Positions 11,976 through 24,535 of a DNA stretch of 64,000 nt are shown here, one piece after another (the stretch's first letter is position 1; every line of letters begins with the position of its first letter). The notes under the pieces are model-generated. The model made no database searches. It was not told the origin of the DNA and saw only the letters and a list, made by a program, of their open reading frames with translations. The DNA is from Squalus acanthias (lineage: Eukaryota): positions 8,000,001-8,064,000 of the forward strand of contig CM059433.1 in NCBI GenBank assembly GCA_030390025.1, given 5' to 3'. A program made the position numbers and the translations under genes.

Positions 11976-14900
11976 GTTCGAAACTTGCCCAGAGTGAGCC
12001 CAACTTCCACCGTTCCCGAGTCTTAACTGATTCGGAGTTCGGAAGTTATCTCGGGCCCATGTTTCAAATTTATCCGATGAGCCATCACAAAGAAAACCGA
12101 ACACTCGAATCCGTGTGAGGAGGGTTACGCATCTAGCAGTATTTTTATTTTAATCTTGTTGGTAGGCTGAGGCCTGTTTAAAGTGATTCCATAAGGCAAG
12201 TGGAAAATCAAACAGATTGTGCCTATTACTGTTTTGTCAATGGTAACACATATGCCAGCTGCACAATGCCTTTATCAGTAAAACAACAGCAGCTATTGGA
12301 AGGCGTAAGCTTTCAGGATCTGTTTTGCTCGAGGCTTCATATCTGCAGGGTCATCACTATCAGGTACTTTGAATGACAGGACTATTATTAAGTGCATTTA
12401 TCAAACACAATGTAGTAATTCAGCCATTCTGGATCCCAGCTCTTTCATTACTTGCTTTTTTTTTGTCACTGTGTGGGGTAAGGTCAATTAGAACACATCC
12501 AGGTGAAGGCGAGAGAATAAAACGGTAAGGATCTTGTTCCAAATATATGGCGCGCTTTACAAAGTGAAATGACTCCTGAGTTATTTGTTATTCTTCATAA
12601 ACTGGAAGCCTCCTGTAAAATGCCGGGGTCTTTATTTTACCACAATCACTGTGAATATGAAGCAGTCTGACGAAGCGTGCTGCACAAAACGTCTCCTTGG
12701 CATTTTTGGTGATGAAATGTCATTCATCAAAGGCCAAGTAACTTGTTGGAAACATTTCACATGAACCACTTCCTGTTGTGTTCCGTTGCCTTTTATGATG
12801 TGCGTTGACATGCAGCGACTGAAACCCTCATGTAACCACAGACCATTGTCGTGCTTGTTATCACCCCTGTTACCTCTCCCCTTCCCCATTCAATTTCACG
12901 TTCAGAAGATCACTAAATTAGGCATACCTTTGTAGATGCAAGGTGATGGAAATGAGCACTGCAACCACACCCCCCCCCCTTATAAAATGGTGGAGAGATG
13001 TGATGCCGAAAGCGTTACAGATATGGCGAGGCTAATTAACCATTCGTATTCACACTGGGTGCAGCATGGAAACGGGAGCTATGCTTTCCTTCTGAGAATA
13101 GAAACTAAAGCATTGATGCTGCGTGTTTGTACCATATTCTAAAATACAAGTTTTGGAACAGATATTAAAAGAGACTGTCAAAGGTCAGTTAATGAAATAT
13201 TGACCTTGTATAAATTTATGCATGAACACGAATTCTGAATTGCAGTCTGTACTCTTTGCACGTGCCTAGCCCCATTAATCAAAAGATTAAATGGTCTTGT
13301 CAAATACAGTGTCTGACATTGTCCCACAAAGAGGATCAGTAATTATTACTGGTTAATGCTGGACAGTGAATCTTCTATTCCTACTCTTTGAACCTTGCAA
13401 GATGCAAATGGAATTTATTTTGTCCTTGACTTTAGCATTTGGAATCACTTGTGTTCTTGTAACTGGCAACAACAAGAATGATTATACTGAAGGAATATGA
13501 ATGCTTTTTCTTGGTATGTTTAATGCTCAGTTCTATACAATACCCGGGAATAAATGGCAGCAATCTGTTTTGTCATTATAAAAAAAGCAGAGTGTGCATC
13601 TGTTTTTATCTGTTAACTTATTCATCAAGGAAGGTGCCCAGTTCAAACTGCATTATTGCAATGCTGAGGCTTGACAGTCTGGCGTACAGCCAAGATTTGG
13701 GGAGTTTGGGGGGGTGGGGGGAGGGGAGGAGAATTACTTCAGAGGGGCGAGCAAGTCATTGCCATTTAATAGAGCTGGTCTGGGTATAAGGGCAGAACAG
13801 AATACCCTTTACACTAATTTAATGGTGGAGAAGGATTCTTAATTAACGGATAACCAATTTTATTTAACCAAGATTATTGGAAAAGGGATTATTAATAAAG
13901 ATATCTTTTACATTTCAGCTTGATCCAAGCCTGTTCTCATGGTTGCTTCTTCTTCCTACAGTCTTCAATAGACTCTCGCATGTACTTTCAATCACTGCAT
14001 CAATTCTACTTTATACAAAATATCTTCAAGTTTACATTTATTTGTCCATATTTTGCATTCTGTTTCTGTTATTCCAGGTCCACTTTCCTACGTGATCTGA
14101 ATGCAGACTCTTTATTTTCCTTTACAAAGATGATATGTACACTGACCTTCAGTCCTCTGTTATGACTACTTTATTCACTGCCAGTATGCACTTCTGTTCA
14201 GTCCTACAGGGCTTTATTTCACAGTCTCCGTTTCTCCTATTCTCTCTGTATGTGTTCTCCTTCCTCTTGTTCTCTTCCCTTCTTGAACGGCGCCGATTCT
14301 CTTTCTTCTTTTGTCTCCATTTACTTTTCCAGGGTTGCCTACAACCTTCATTCTCTGATCCTTTTCTTTTTACTTCCATTGCTATTGATGCTTTATACAG
14401 ACTTCCACTTTGTTGTGCTTTTTAATGTTTTTCTTCTCACTCTCACCCTGTTCTCTTTCCTAAATCCTTTCAGTCTTTTCTGTACCCATCATGGACTAGC
14501 TTCTTCTCATTTACTCCCTTTCTTTTTCAGTGTTGTTTTCAGTCCTCTGTGGGACACTTTCCTCTGTCTTCCTTGTTCTTTCTCATTTCTTTAGGCAAGG
14601 ACACAAGGGAAGGTTTAGTAACAGGAGAAGACTATTAAATCCACAGCCTGTCCCTTTTTGATTGATCTATGTGCCTGGCTTGCCATATCCCTCAATCCCT
14701 TCCCTCTCCAGAAATGCATCCAGTTGCCTTTTGAACCTATTTATACTTTTTGTCTTACTGGCCTTTCCTGATAGCCTGTTCAATAAATGTATTGCTATTG
14801 TGTAACAAGTTAGACCTGACTTTTTTTGTACCCCTTAACTCTGCCAGTACTTGGATCTTTCCCCACAGTGAACAATTTGCCTGGTCATCTTTGCCAATTC

Positions 14901-15931
14901 CTTTCAGAATCTAGAAATCTTCAATTTGCTCATTTTTTGAATCTTCTGGATCTCCAGCCCTAGCTTCTTCTCTTCACTTGTGATGTCCTTATCAGACTTC
15001 GGAATTCTACCTTCTTGACTCATTGTCTGTCTGATTGCCCTTTTTACCTGCTCTTTGCTTCCTATTTCTTGCCTGTCCGTTGCTCTCAGTTGTGACCATC
15101 CCATTGACCTGGCACAAATCAGCCCTCGCTCTTCCCTCCATTGTCCTGATCTGCCGTGTCTGCTGCTCACACCCTGAGTTTGTGATCCATTTCGTTCGCT
15201 CCTCCTTTGATGTGCTTCTCCCGTGTGTCCAGATGCAGGGGGTCTGGATGCTGTGCTTTGCCTTGGAAGAGATTCCAATGGGATCACAGTACTTCTCTTC
15301 TGTTGGTTCTGCCTGGATTACTTCCAGATTCTTACTTCCGCCATGGACATTCCAACACCACTCTCTGCGGCCTAAACATGGGTAAACAGTGGGTAACTTT
15401 TTACTTTCTTGGATTGTAATGCACATTAGAGTGGCTACAGTAGACCCACATCTGAACAACCATTTGCACTGCGACTGCAATGATGCTACGTGTGTACTTG
15501 TGACTGAGGTAAACAACCACTTATCTGCTAGATTTAGCATATGGGTTTTAAATGCAGCTGTTGCAAATTTGGGGATAAATGGAGTGGAGGAGGCACGGAA
15601 CAGAAAGAAATTTAAAATGCAGACAAAACTGAAGTGGGACTGAATTCCTTAGAAGAGTGCTCTCAAATACACAGCTGACCAAGGCTACATGATTGCAAAA
15701 TCTGGCATCCAATCAAGAGCTGACAGTGCCATTTTAGGCTGTAACATCTTGGAAATGCAGCTGGCATGGAAATGTGCATGATGTTAGAGGGCTCAGCTGA
15801 ATACCTATATTGTCAATGTAATTTACCCTGGGAAAGACTGCACACTGTTCATAGAATCATACAGCACAGGAGGAGGCCATTCAGGCCATCTTTGAAAGAG
15901 CTAACCAAATAGACCCACTCATAGAGTCATA

Positions 15932-16806
15932 GGCTGTGATTTTATTGGCACTGAGAGGGCGGGTTTGGAGGCGGGTCAAGGGTTAAAATCGGTTTGATTG
16001 ACGGCGGGTTGCGATCCCGCCGTCAACCCGCCTCCAAACAATTTTCCGAAGTGTCGGGTCCCCGATTTGCGCATGGACCCGACACCTAGCGGCGGGAGGA
16101 TTTTAAAGCCAATTATCTGCCTGTTAACAGGTAGTTGATAATAATTAACAGGCTCTTTTTCAATTTTGCCGCTTCTGCCTCGGGTTCCCCGATGTCCGGA
16201 CACCACGCCAGGTAAGTGTGGCATGTTGTGAGTCTGCTGTAGTGTTTCTGCATTGATAACAGCTGCAGAAGTGGTGTGAAGGATCCAATGGTGCACTGGT
16301 GAGTTTCAGAGGTAAGAAAATGTTGGGAAAATCATTTTTAATCCATTTACACTTTTCTGTAGGTAACAAGTTTTGAAATCGATGTCTAGTGCCACCTCAT
16401 TGGGAGAACCACTCTCACCAGTGACAGATCGCTTCTGTAATCTCACCTGCAGCTGCCATCTATTCCAGCCTATGGAGGGAGTCACTGGAGAGCCTGGGTG
16501 CAAGAGCTCACCTTTGTACAGTGATTGTCAGTGTTTGCAGCACCTCAATGCTGTCAAACACTGAGAAATGAGCTGTCAAAGAAAAATTGTGCATGGTCCC
16601 TTTAAGAAAACCGGCAGATGACGCGTCATCAAATGACGTCATCTGACCGGCTTCCTCTTAATTGGCTGGCAAGCCCGCAGGGTGGGCTTAACAAGGCCAA
16701 TTGACGTAAAATCACATCCGTGGGCCGGATGCAGTTGGGGGCGGGATTGGAAGCCGGAAACCAGCTGACCCGCTCCCAACCCGCCTCCAATAACAAAATC
16801 ACGGCC
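15932..16806. mobile_element. Non-autonomous Harbinger-type element
   Basis: TIRs GGCTGTGATTTT / AAAATCACGGCC; ATA on both flanks; inserted in the (ATAGAGTC)n tail of a CR1; interior homologous to 18830-20567. Confidence 0.75.
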
Positions 16807-17524
16807 ATAGAGTCGTAACGGCATAGAAGGAGGCCATTCGGCCCATCGAGTCCGTGCCGGCTCTCTGTAGAGCAATCCAGTCAGTCCCATTCCCCCGCTC
16901 TATCCCCGTAGCCCTGCAAGTTTATTTCCCTCAAGTGCCGATCCAGTCTCCCCTTGAAAACATTGAGTGTCTCCGCTTCCACCACTTCCGTCGGCAGCGA
17001 ATTCCAGGACATCACCGCTCGCTGCGTAAAAAAAGGTTTTCCTCACATCCCCCCTGTATCTCTTGTCCCAAGCCTTAAATCTGTGTCCCCTAGTCCTTGT
17101 ACCATCAACTAGTGGGAGCAGCCTTTCCCCATCTAGCCTATCTCCCCAGCTCTTTTCCCATTGCCCTGCAATTTTTTTCCTTTTTAAGTATATAACTAAT
17201 TCCCTTTTAAAAGTTACTATTGAATCTGCATCCACCACCCTTTCAGGCAGTGCATTCCAGATCATATCAAAACCCCTCATAATTTTGAACACCTCTCCTT
17301 AACCTTCTCTGCCCAAAGGAGAACAATCCAAGTTTTTCTATTCTCTCCACATAACTGAAGTTCCCCATCCCTGGTACCATTATGGCAAATCTCCTCTGCC
17401 ACTTCTCCAAGGCATTGACATCCTTCCTAAAGCACGGTGCCCAGAATTGAACACAGTGCTCCAGCTGCTGCCTAACTAACCATTTATAAGGGTTTAGCAT
17501 AACTCCCTTTCTTCTGTACTCAAT
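16807..17524 (-). mobile_element. CR1 LINE fragments (two subfamilies joined); continues at 18355-18640
   Basis: TRGHRFK and LVRQQLEHCVQFWAP peptides; 16807-17140 is near-identical to part of 62433-62853. Confidence 0.85.
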
Positions 17525-18351
17525 GGGCTGGATTTTCTCAATGGCGACGTGCTGGAGGCGGGACTTCTGGTTTCCGGGTTTCAGTCCCGCCCCCAGCAAT
17601 GTCTGACCAACCCACGCTATTTTCCCTTGATTGGCCTTGTTAAGCCCGCCCTGCAGGCTTACCGGCCAATTAACGGAAAGCCGGTGACAGATGACGTCAG
17701 CTTCATCTGTTGAACATTTTCTGACAGATGAATTGTCAGCGTTTGACAGCTTTGAGAAGCTGGTCAAACACTGACAATCCCTGTTCTAAGGTGAGCCCTT
17801 GCACACAGGCTCATCAAGACCTCTCTCCTCAGCAGAAAGCGGATGGCTGCTGCATCTGAGAATGCAGCAGCCATTCTGTCATCTCTGCCGTTGAGATGAG
17901 GCAGCTCCGGATCCCCAAGGGTTGAAGCCTGCTGAAAGAAGCAAAGGTAAGGAAACTTTTTCCAACACTTTACACTCACCTCTCATACTTACCTGTCCAC
18001 ACTTGCACCCATCACTCACCTCTACAGCTGACATTTCGACCCCTCTCACCCCCGCAGACCCACTGCTCGCCTCGCTGACCCTGACGAGGTTCGCAGCTGT
18101 CGGGAAGCCCGCAATTGCAAGTGTAAAATGGGGAAAAGCCTCAAAACTGCCTGTTAACAGGCAGTTAATTGGCTCTAATCCCCTTCCCGCCTCGAGGAGA
18201 CAGGTCCCTGCGCAGCTCGGGGACCCACCTCCCGGGAAGATGGCATGGAGGCGGGTTGGGAGCGGGTTCAGTACCTGCTCCCAGTTTCTGCCATTTTCCT
18301 GGCAGTCCCGCCTCCAAACCCGCCTCCCCAGGGCTGGGAAAATTCCCCCCC
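17525..18351. mobile_element. Harbinger-type MITE inserted in CR1
   Basis: Imperfect TIRs GGGCTGGATTTTC / GAAAATTCCCCCCC; TSD AAT at 17522-17524 and 18352-18354; CR1 sequence resumes directly after. Confidence 0.7.
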
Positions 18352-18829
18352 AATGACTCTATTTATAAAGCCATGGATCCCAGGTGCTTTAACAGCCTTA
18401 TCAACTTGTCCTGCCACCATCAAAAGATTTATCTATGTGAAACCCCCAGTTCCGTTTCTCCAACCCCTGCCCCCGCACCCCCCCCACCCCCCGTCATTTA
18501 AAATTCAATTTAGGTAATTTATATTTTATAATTTATTTTGCCTCTCCCCATACTTCCTACCAAAATGCATCTCCTCACACTTCTTTGCATTAAGTTTCAT
18601 CTGTCACGTGTCTGCCTATTTTGTATCCGTTCTGCTTTGAGGCCCTGCTGGGTCTGGTGTTCCCTCCGTGAACGCAACCCATAAGTTAGACCCGGAAGTG
18701 CGGCCAACGCCCATTTTGCCGATGTCAAGTTGTGCCCGGGTATCCTCCCAATCTCATTACAATACGTCCAAACTTCAAATGGGCGTAAATTAGCGTCAAC
18801 ATTCAGGGCCCAAGGAAAGCGCCATACCC

Positions 18830-20567
18830 ACACCATCGCTCAGAGGGCGGGTTCGGAGGCGGGTCTGCTGTCAAAATCTAAAAGATCGACAGCGGGTCTG
18901 GATCCCGCTCTGAACCCGCCTCCGTGTCAGTTTCCCAAGTGCGGGGACTGCCTGAGCTTCGCAGACCCGGCACTAAGCGGTGGGTCAGTCAACTGAGATA
19001 GTTAGGAGGGATCTTTAAAGGTAGTTGAACAGCATTTTGCCACCTTCTAGCCATTTTTCCAACTTTTCCACGAGGTTCCCGTCGCTGAGGGATTACGTCA
19101 GGTAACTGTGTCGGGTTCTCAATGACTCTCCATTGCTGTGAATAGGTGACAGCTGCAAAAGTGGGATAAAAGCTACCATTTCACAGCTGTTCACCTTCCA
19201 ATGCTTGAGCCTTAAGGAGTTGGAAGACACTTTTGAGCTGTATGCAGTTTGGAAGTGTTTGGAGTAAACTCTCTATCCACTGTCACCTCCTTGGAGCAAG
19301 CTCTCTCACCATTGACAGATCACTTCTGTCATCTCAACTTCAGCTGCCATCTATTCCAGCAGGATCGGTGCCCTTGAAAAAATCTCACCTTGGTCCTCAG
19401 AATCCCACCACGATCAGCCCCAGCACCAGCAGCACCGGGCACACCAGCAGCACCAACAACAACACCAACCTTCTCCACAATCACCTGATGCTGCACAGAA
19501 CACAGGGCATCAGCACCCGACCACATTGCTGCCCGGGACGCCAGGGATGACCTCACCATGTCCAGATTTACTTCACTGGACGCTGTACACCCTGGCTGCC
19601 ACATGATGCGCCAGGTTGGCACCACCCCACACCAGCACCATAAAGCATCCCTACAATGTCCAAGCCATTCCTTTCACACTCATTACCATTGGGGGGGGGG
19701 GGGGGGGTGGTGGAGTTATGTCTCACCATTCACTGCAACTCACCAAGACACTTCCAAAGGTGCACACAAATCTTTCCAAGAAGGCAAAGTGTTGAAAATA
19801 AAGATTTCAATGCTTGACAACACATTAACAGACACTACACGAACATTGGCTAAAGCACACAAGTGCCTACCCTTGTGTGTTGTTAGTTGGTATGCTTGCA
19901 GTAGGATGAGGGTGAGTGTGAGGGGTGGCTAGTGAGATGGGGAAGTGGTAATGTAGATAGAGAGGGATGGGTGGAGGTGCAAGGTAAGTTGGTGTGAGTA
20001 AGGATGTGCAGGAGTACGGTAGGGAAGGCAGAGTGATGGGGATGTGATGAGTGGCACAGCAGGATGAGGTTGAGTGTGGCTTGGCAGTAACGTTTCGTGA
20101 TCTACTGAGATCATTGAAAGGTTCGTGCCACTGCAGCCTGGTCCTCCTGATGACATCCCTGCTTGTGTCCTCCTGTGCAATGTGCAACCAGCCTGCGTTG
20201 GTCTCCTGGGGAGGTGTCTTCCGCCCATGGGAAGGGAAGAGAACCTCCCTGCGTGCTGGGAGTCATGGGAGAGCCTGGGTGCAGCCGTGCACCTCTGTGC
20301 AGTGTTTGTCAGTGTTTGCAGCACCTCAATGCTATAGAACACTGAGAGCACAACTGGCAAAATCAATTTGGACATGGCCCCTTTAAGGAAGCCAGCTGAT
20401 GACGCGTCATCAAATGATGTCATCAGACCCGCTTCCTTTTAATTGGCCGGGAACCTCACAGGGCGGTCTTAACAAGCCCCATCAGGGCAAAATCACTTGG
20501 TGGAGGCGGGATGAAGACGGGAGCGGGGTTTGAGGCCGCCACCTACGGTTGGCGAAAATCGCGGCCC
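18830..20567. mobile_element. Deleted non-autonomous Harbinger element with transposase stub (+, about 19380-19575) and decayed Myb/SANT exon 1 (-, about 20090-20300)
   Basis: Right TIR GGCGAAAATCGCGGCCC. Minus strand reads EVLFPSHGRKTPPQETNAGWLHIAQEDTSRDVIRRTRLQWHEPFNDLSRS, homologous to exon 1 at 40273. Left TIR damaged. Confidence 0.75.
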
Positions 20568-21351
20568 GTATATTTCCTCTTTAAGTATGAAAATTTAAGT
20601 TTCAGCTCAGTTAACTATCATTCATGCACATCAGGCACAGCACGTTTAAGAATCTGCCATCGGGGAAGCTTTTCAATTTTTAATCGGACTTATATCTTGG
20701 GCCATTAAAAGAGCATTAAAAGAGCCAGAAAATACAGAGCAGTGAAGGTAATTTTTTTTTTAATTCTCAAAAAACCGGAATGAAACTCCAGGAAGAATGA
20801 CTTTCATTCCTGCTGCGCCCCAGGATCTGGTTGCAATGTGAAGCCACCCTCCAAGGATGCTCGGGACTGTATTGGGAGGTACTGCAGCTAGGCTGGAGAA
20901 GTTAGCCTCTTTGAGAGAACCATGGCAGGCATCACAGGCTATGAGACCCGAGTTGGCATGACGTTTTGTGAAACAGAGGATGTGAACCAAGTTAACACAT
21001 GTACTGCATCGCCTCTTTTTTTGCAGCATTGTCAGTCGGTGCAATACTAAATACGCTGTACACAGTCATAGAGCAACAGCGCATTCTGTGAGTGCAGTTG
21101 CAATCTAGACTGCTGTGCATGCATACTATACATACATTATATATATATATTGCATCTATCATTCATCTCATTTCAGATGTCACACTTCAGGCTTTGCATC
21201 TCAAAGTGTCAAAAGTATAAACTAAAGAGAAAGAGAGCCAGTCACTTCCTTTTATTTTTTCCGACCTTTCCGAGGGCAGCAGCTGGGGGGGTTTACCATC
21301 ACACGGCAATCTACAGAAGTTTCTCTCACCAGTCAGCCTCTAATTGGCTAA

Positions 21352-21842
21352 ATAGCTCCAACAACACTCAAGAAGCTCGACACCATCCAGGACAAAGCAG
21401 CCCGCTTGATTGGCATCCCATCCACCACCTTAAACATTCACTCCCTCCACCACCGGCGTACCGTGGCTGCAGTGTGTACCATCTACAAGATGCACTGCAG
21501 CAACTCGCCAAGGCTTCTTCGGCAGCAACTCCCAAACCCACGACCTCTTCCACCTAGGAGGACAAGGGCAGCAGGCGCATGGGAACACCACCACCTTCAA
21601 GTTCCCCTCCAAGTCACACACCATCCTGACTTGGAAGTATATCGCCGATCCTTCATCATCGCTGGGTCAAAATCCTGGCACTCTCTCCCTAACAGCACTG
21701 TGGGAGTACCTTCACCACAGGGACTGCAGCGGTTCAAGAAGGCGGTGGCTCACCACCACCTTCTCAAGGGCAACTAGGGATGGGCAATAAATGCTGGCCT
21801 TGCCAGCGACGCCCACATCCCATAAAAACGAATATAAAAAAT
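21352..21842 (+). mobile_element. Non-LTR retrotransposon 3' fragment (CR1/L2-group LINE, family uncertain)
   Basis: LKKLDTIQDKAARLIG...SLHHRRTVAAVCTIYKMH; five copies in the window. Confidence 0.8.
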
Positions 21843-21879
21843 AAGGATGTGCCTATTTGGACCACTTTCCCAGTGGATG

Positions 21880-23170
21880 AGCAATGGCATTAAAAGGACA
21901 GACCAGCCTCAACACAGCTCCACTTTAACAGCTAAATATCGCAACGGTGCTGCAGGGCGCAGATTACCCGTGAGGAACGGCACTGCCATTCAGCTGACGC
22001 AGTCAAAATGGTCAAAAAGAGTTGGAGCCTGAGGCTTGAACCCTCCCGGCAAGCTCCGACGGTGCAGCACCCACCCCTGTCATTTGAAACAGCCGCCAGC
22101 TCAGAGACATATACTGGGGAGGTTATCATTCCGAGTTAGCGTTTGGAACACAGGAGGAAACAGGGGGCATTGGCGAGGAAGGGCGAGGAAGGGCGAGTCC
22201 TGTTGAAACAATGGCATACCTGACCTGAGTGGGGGTCCAGCGGTGGTAACGGCCAGCCTTGGGATTCAGAGTTCAACACCCTGCTTACAAAAGGAAAATG
22301 CTGCATGAGCATCAGCATCTTAATAAGTGTCTTGAGTCCGTAGGAAACGGGCTGCAAGGTCTAACGGCTGCTGCACAAGAGCCCACCATTGAGATCTGCA
22401 CAGTCAGAGTGAAACAGTTGCCTATACTGCAGTCGGCAATAAAGCACAGGTACCACATCTGACACTCGCAGTGGAGACCCTCGAATACAGAATAGAGAAA
22501 TAGAAAGAAAGAAAGACTTGCATTTATATAGCGTCTTTCACCACCACCGGACGTCCCAAAGCGCTTTACAGCCAATGAAGTACTATTTGAAGTGTAGTCA
22601 CTGTTGTAATGTGGGAAACGCGGCAGCCAATTTGCACACAGCAAGCTCCCACAAACAAGCAATGTGATAATGACCAGATAATCTGTTTTTGTTATGTTGA
22701 TTGAGGGATAAATATTGGCCAGGACACCGGGGATAACTCCCCTGCTCTTCTTCAAAGTAGTGCCATGGGATCTTTTACGTCCACCTGAGAGGGGCAGACG
22801 GGGCCTCGGTTTAATGTCTCATCTGAAAGACGGCACCTCCGACAGTGCGGCACTCCCTCAGTCCTGCACTGGGAGAGTGTCAGTCTAGATTTTTGTGCTG
22901 TGAAATGGGACTTTGAACCCACAACCTTCTGACTCAGAGGCGAGAAATGAAAGGATTGAAGGCTCAAACTGCCGCCACCAGGCTGCCTGAACTCCAGGAA
23001 GCAGTTTTGGTTGGCTTCCTGCCTTTGGGGAATAGCTGCAGGCAACTATGGAGGATGGGTTTAGAGCTTGTGGAAGAGCACATGGCCTATGCTTGTGCAG
23101 ATCGATAGCCTGGACCCAGTATCCCAGACACAGAGATTAGACTCTTTGGCTGCTGCTTCTTATGGACCAT
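21880..23170 (+). pseudogene. Decayed Harbinger Myb/SANT accessory gene, C-terminal exon, split by a SINE
   Basis: AYKRKMLHEHQHLNKCLESVGNGLQGLTAAAQE (22259-22462) and RLPELQEAVLVGF...ATMEDG (about 22980-23080) resemble the coiled-coil part of the 41151-42259 exon. By-eye similarity only. Confidence 0.4.
22503..22945 (-). mobile_element. tRNA-derived DeuSINE (SacSINE1-like)
   Basis: Near full-length match to the 31251-31710 copy; L2-like tail CGCTATATAAATGCAAG. Confidence 0.85.
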
Positions 23171-23194
23171 GAATTCACAAGTTACAGTGTACGT

Positions 23195-24482
23195 TAGGCT
23201 GACCATATGTCTCAGTTTTCCCCGGATTAGGTCCCTGGGCAAACAACGTCCCCGAAAGAATCTCCGGTTCAGGAAACTTGTCCCCGAATAGAGCCGTATT
23301 CATGGGTCCGCTGGTCGGCAGGAGTTGGATTTTAACTTTATTTTTAGATAAACTGGAAAAATTCAATCCTTGTTTTTTTTTAAACACGTCGGTACAGAAA
23401 CCCCGGGGGTGGGGGGTGGGGGGGGGGTGCTTCTTGCCCCATTCACACCCGGTTGAAGCTCAAAAAACGGATTCCAGGAATGGGTTGATCGGAGGCGACG
23501 ATGGCGGCCCCGCCCTCTCACAATGCAGTGCGGCGGAGAAAAGGCCCCAGCGGTAGCTCGGGCCGCACTGCACCCTGAGGGATTAGAAATATAGAAACAT
23601 AGAAAAATAGAAGCCCTTCGAGCCTGCTCCGCCATTCAATATGATCATGGCTGATCCTCTATCTCAATACCATATTCCCGCTCTCTCCCCATACTCCTTG
23701 ATGCCTTTTGTGTCTAGAAATCTATCTATCTCCTTCTTAAATATATTCAGTGACTTGGTCTCCACAGCCCTCTGTGGTAGAGAATTCCACAGGTTCACCA
23801 CCCTCTGAGTGAAGAAATGTCTCCTCATCTCAGTCCTAAATGTCCTACCCCGTATCCTGAGACTGTGACCCCTCGTTCTAGACCCCCCCCAGCCAGGGGA
23901 AACGTCCTCCCTGCATCCAGTCTGTCTAGCCCGGTCAGGATTTTATACGTTTCAATGAGATCCCCTCTCATTCTTCTGACCCCGTGTTTCGGCCAATAGT
24001 GACTGGCCGGAGGGCAGAAGCTTTTCAAATGCGCGGGAGGGGCCGAGGGCGCGGTGAGAGCTGGTGGGTGAGTGGATTTACTTTACCTCAAGAGGCCAGT
24101 ATGGCGCATCGTGTTTTTAAAAAAAAATGAATAAGGCGAGCTCTAAATTCTCCCGCTGGGAAGAGGTTTCTGAAACCTTCTGAGACAGAGGGCATCTCAC
24201 ACCTTATAGGGAAAATCTCAGTCTGTTTGGAACAGATTTAAAATTGAGAAATTAAAAGTTAGGGTATTCGGGGCCGAGTATAGATGGTACAGCACTATCG
24301 CCAGAACACACGCAAGATTCGAGATTCGGTGTAAAGTGAAAATGGCGTTGTCTCTACGCGTATTCCATGAGCAGAAGAAACAAAGTCGTCATGCCGGTTT
24401 TCTTGAAACATTTCCCTGGCTACTTTGCTGTGCGCCCACCCTGTGTGTCCCCAAATTCGGCTTAGAAAATATGGTCACCCTA
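23195..24482. mobile_element. Non-autonomous hAT element (Blackjack-like termini) containing a CR1 insertion
   Basis: TIRs TAGGCTGACCATAT / ATATGGTCACCCTA (13/14); degenerate 8-bp TSD GTGTACGT / GTTTACAT. Confidence 0.7.
23583..23978 (-). mobile_element. CR1 LINE 3' fragment
   Basis: RRMRGDLIETYKILTGLDRLDAGR; (TTTCTATG)-type tail. Confidence 0.85.
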
Positions 24483-24535
24483 GTTTACATTCTCCAATGC
24501 ATCCAGGCCCATACAACCAGAACCGCACACACCAT

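Noticed and set aside
14904..15540. Overlapping 177-aa and 127-aa minus-strand ORFs
   Set aside because: No recognisable motif, purine-biased composition, and no convincing exon chain. A 36-nt AG/GT-bounded segment near 15337-15372 is too weak to call.
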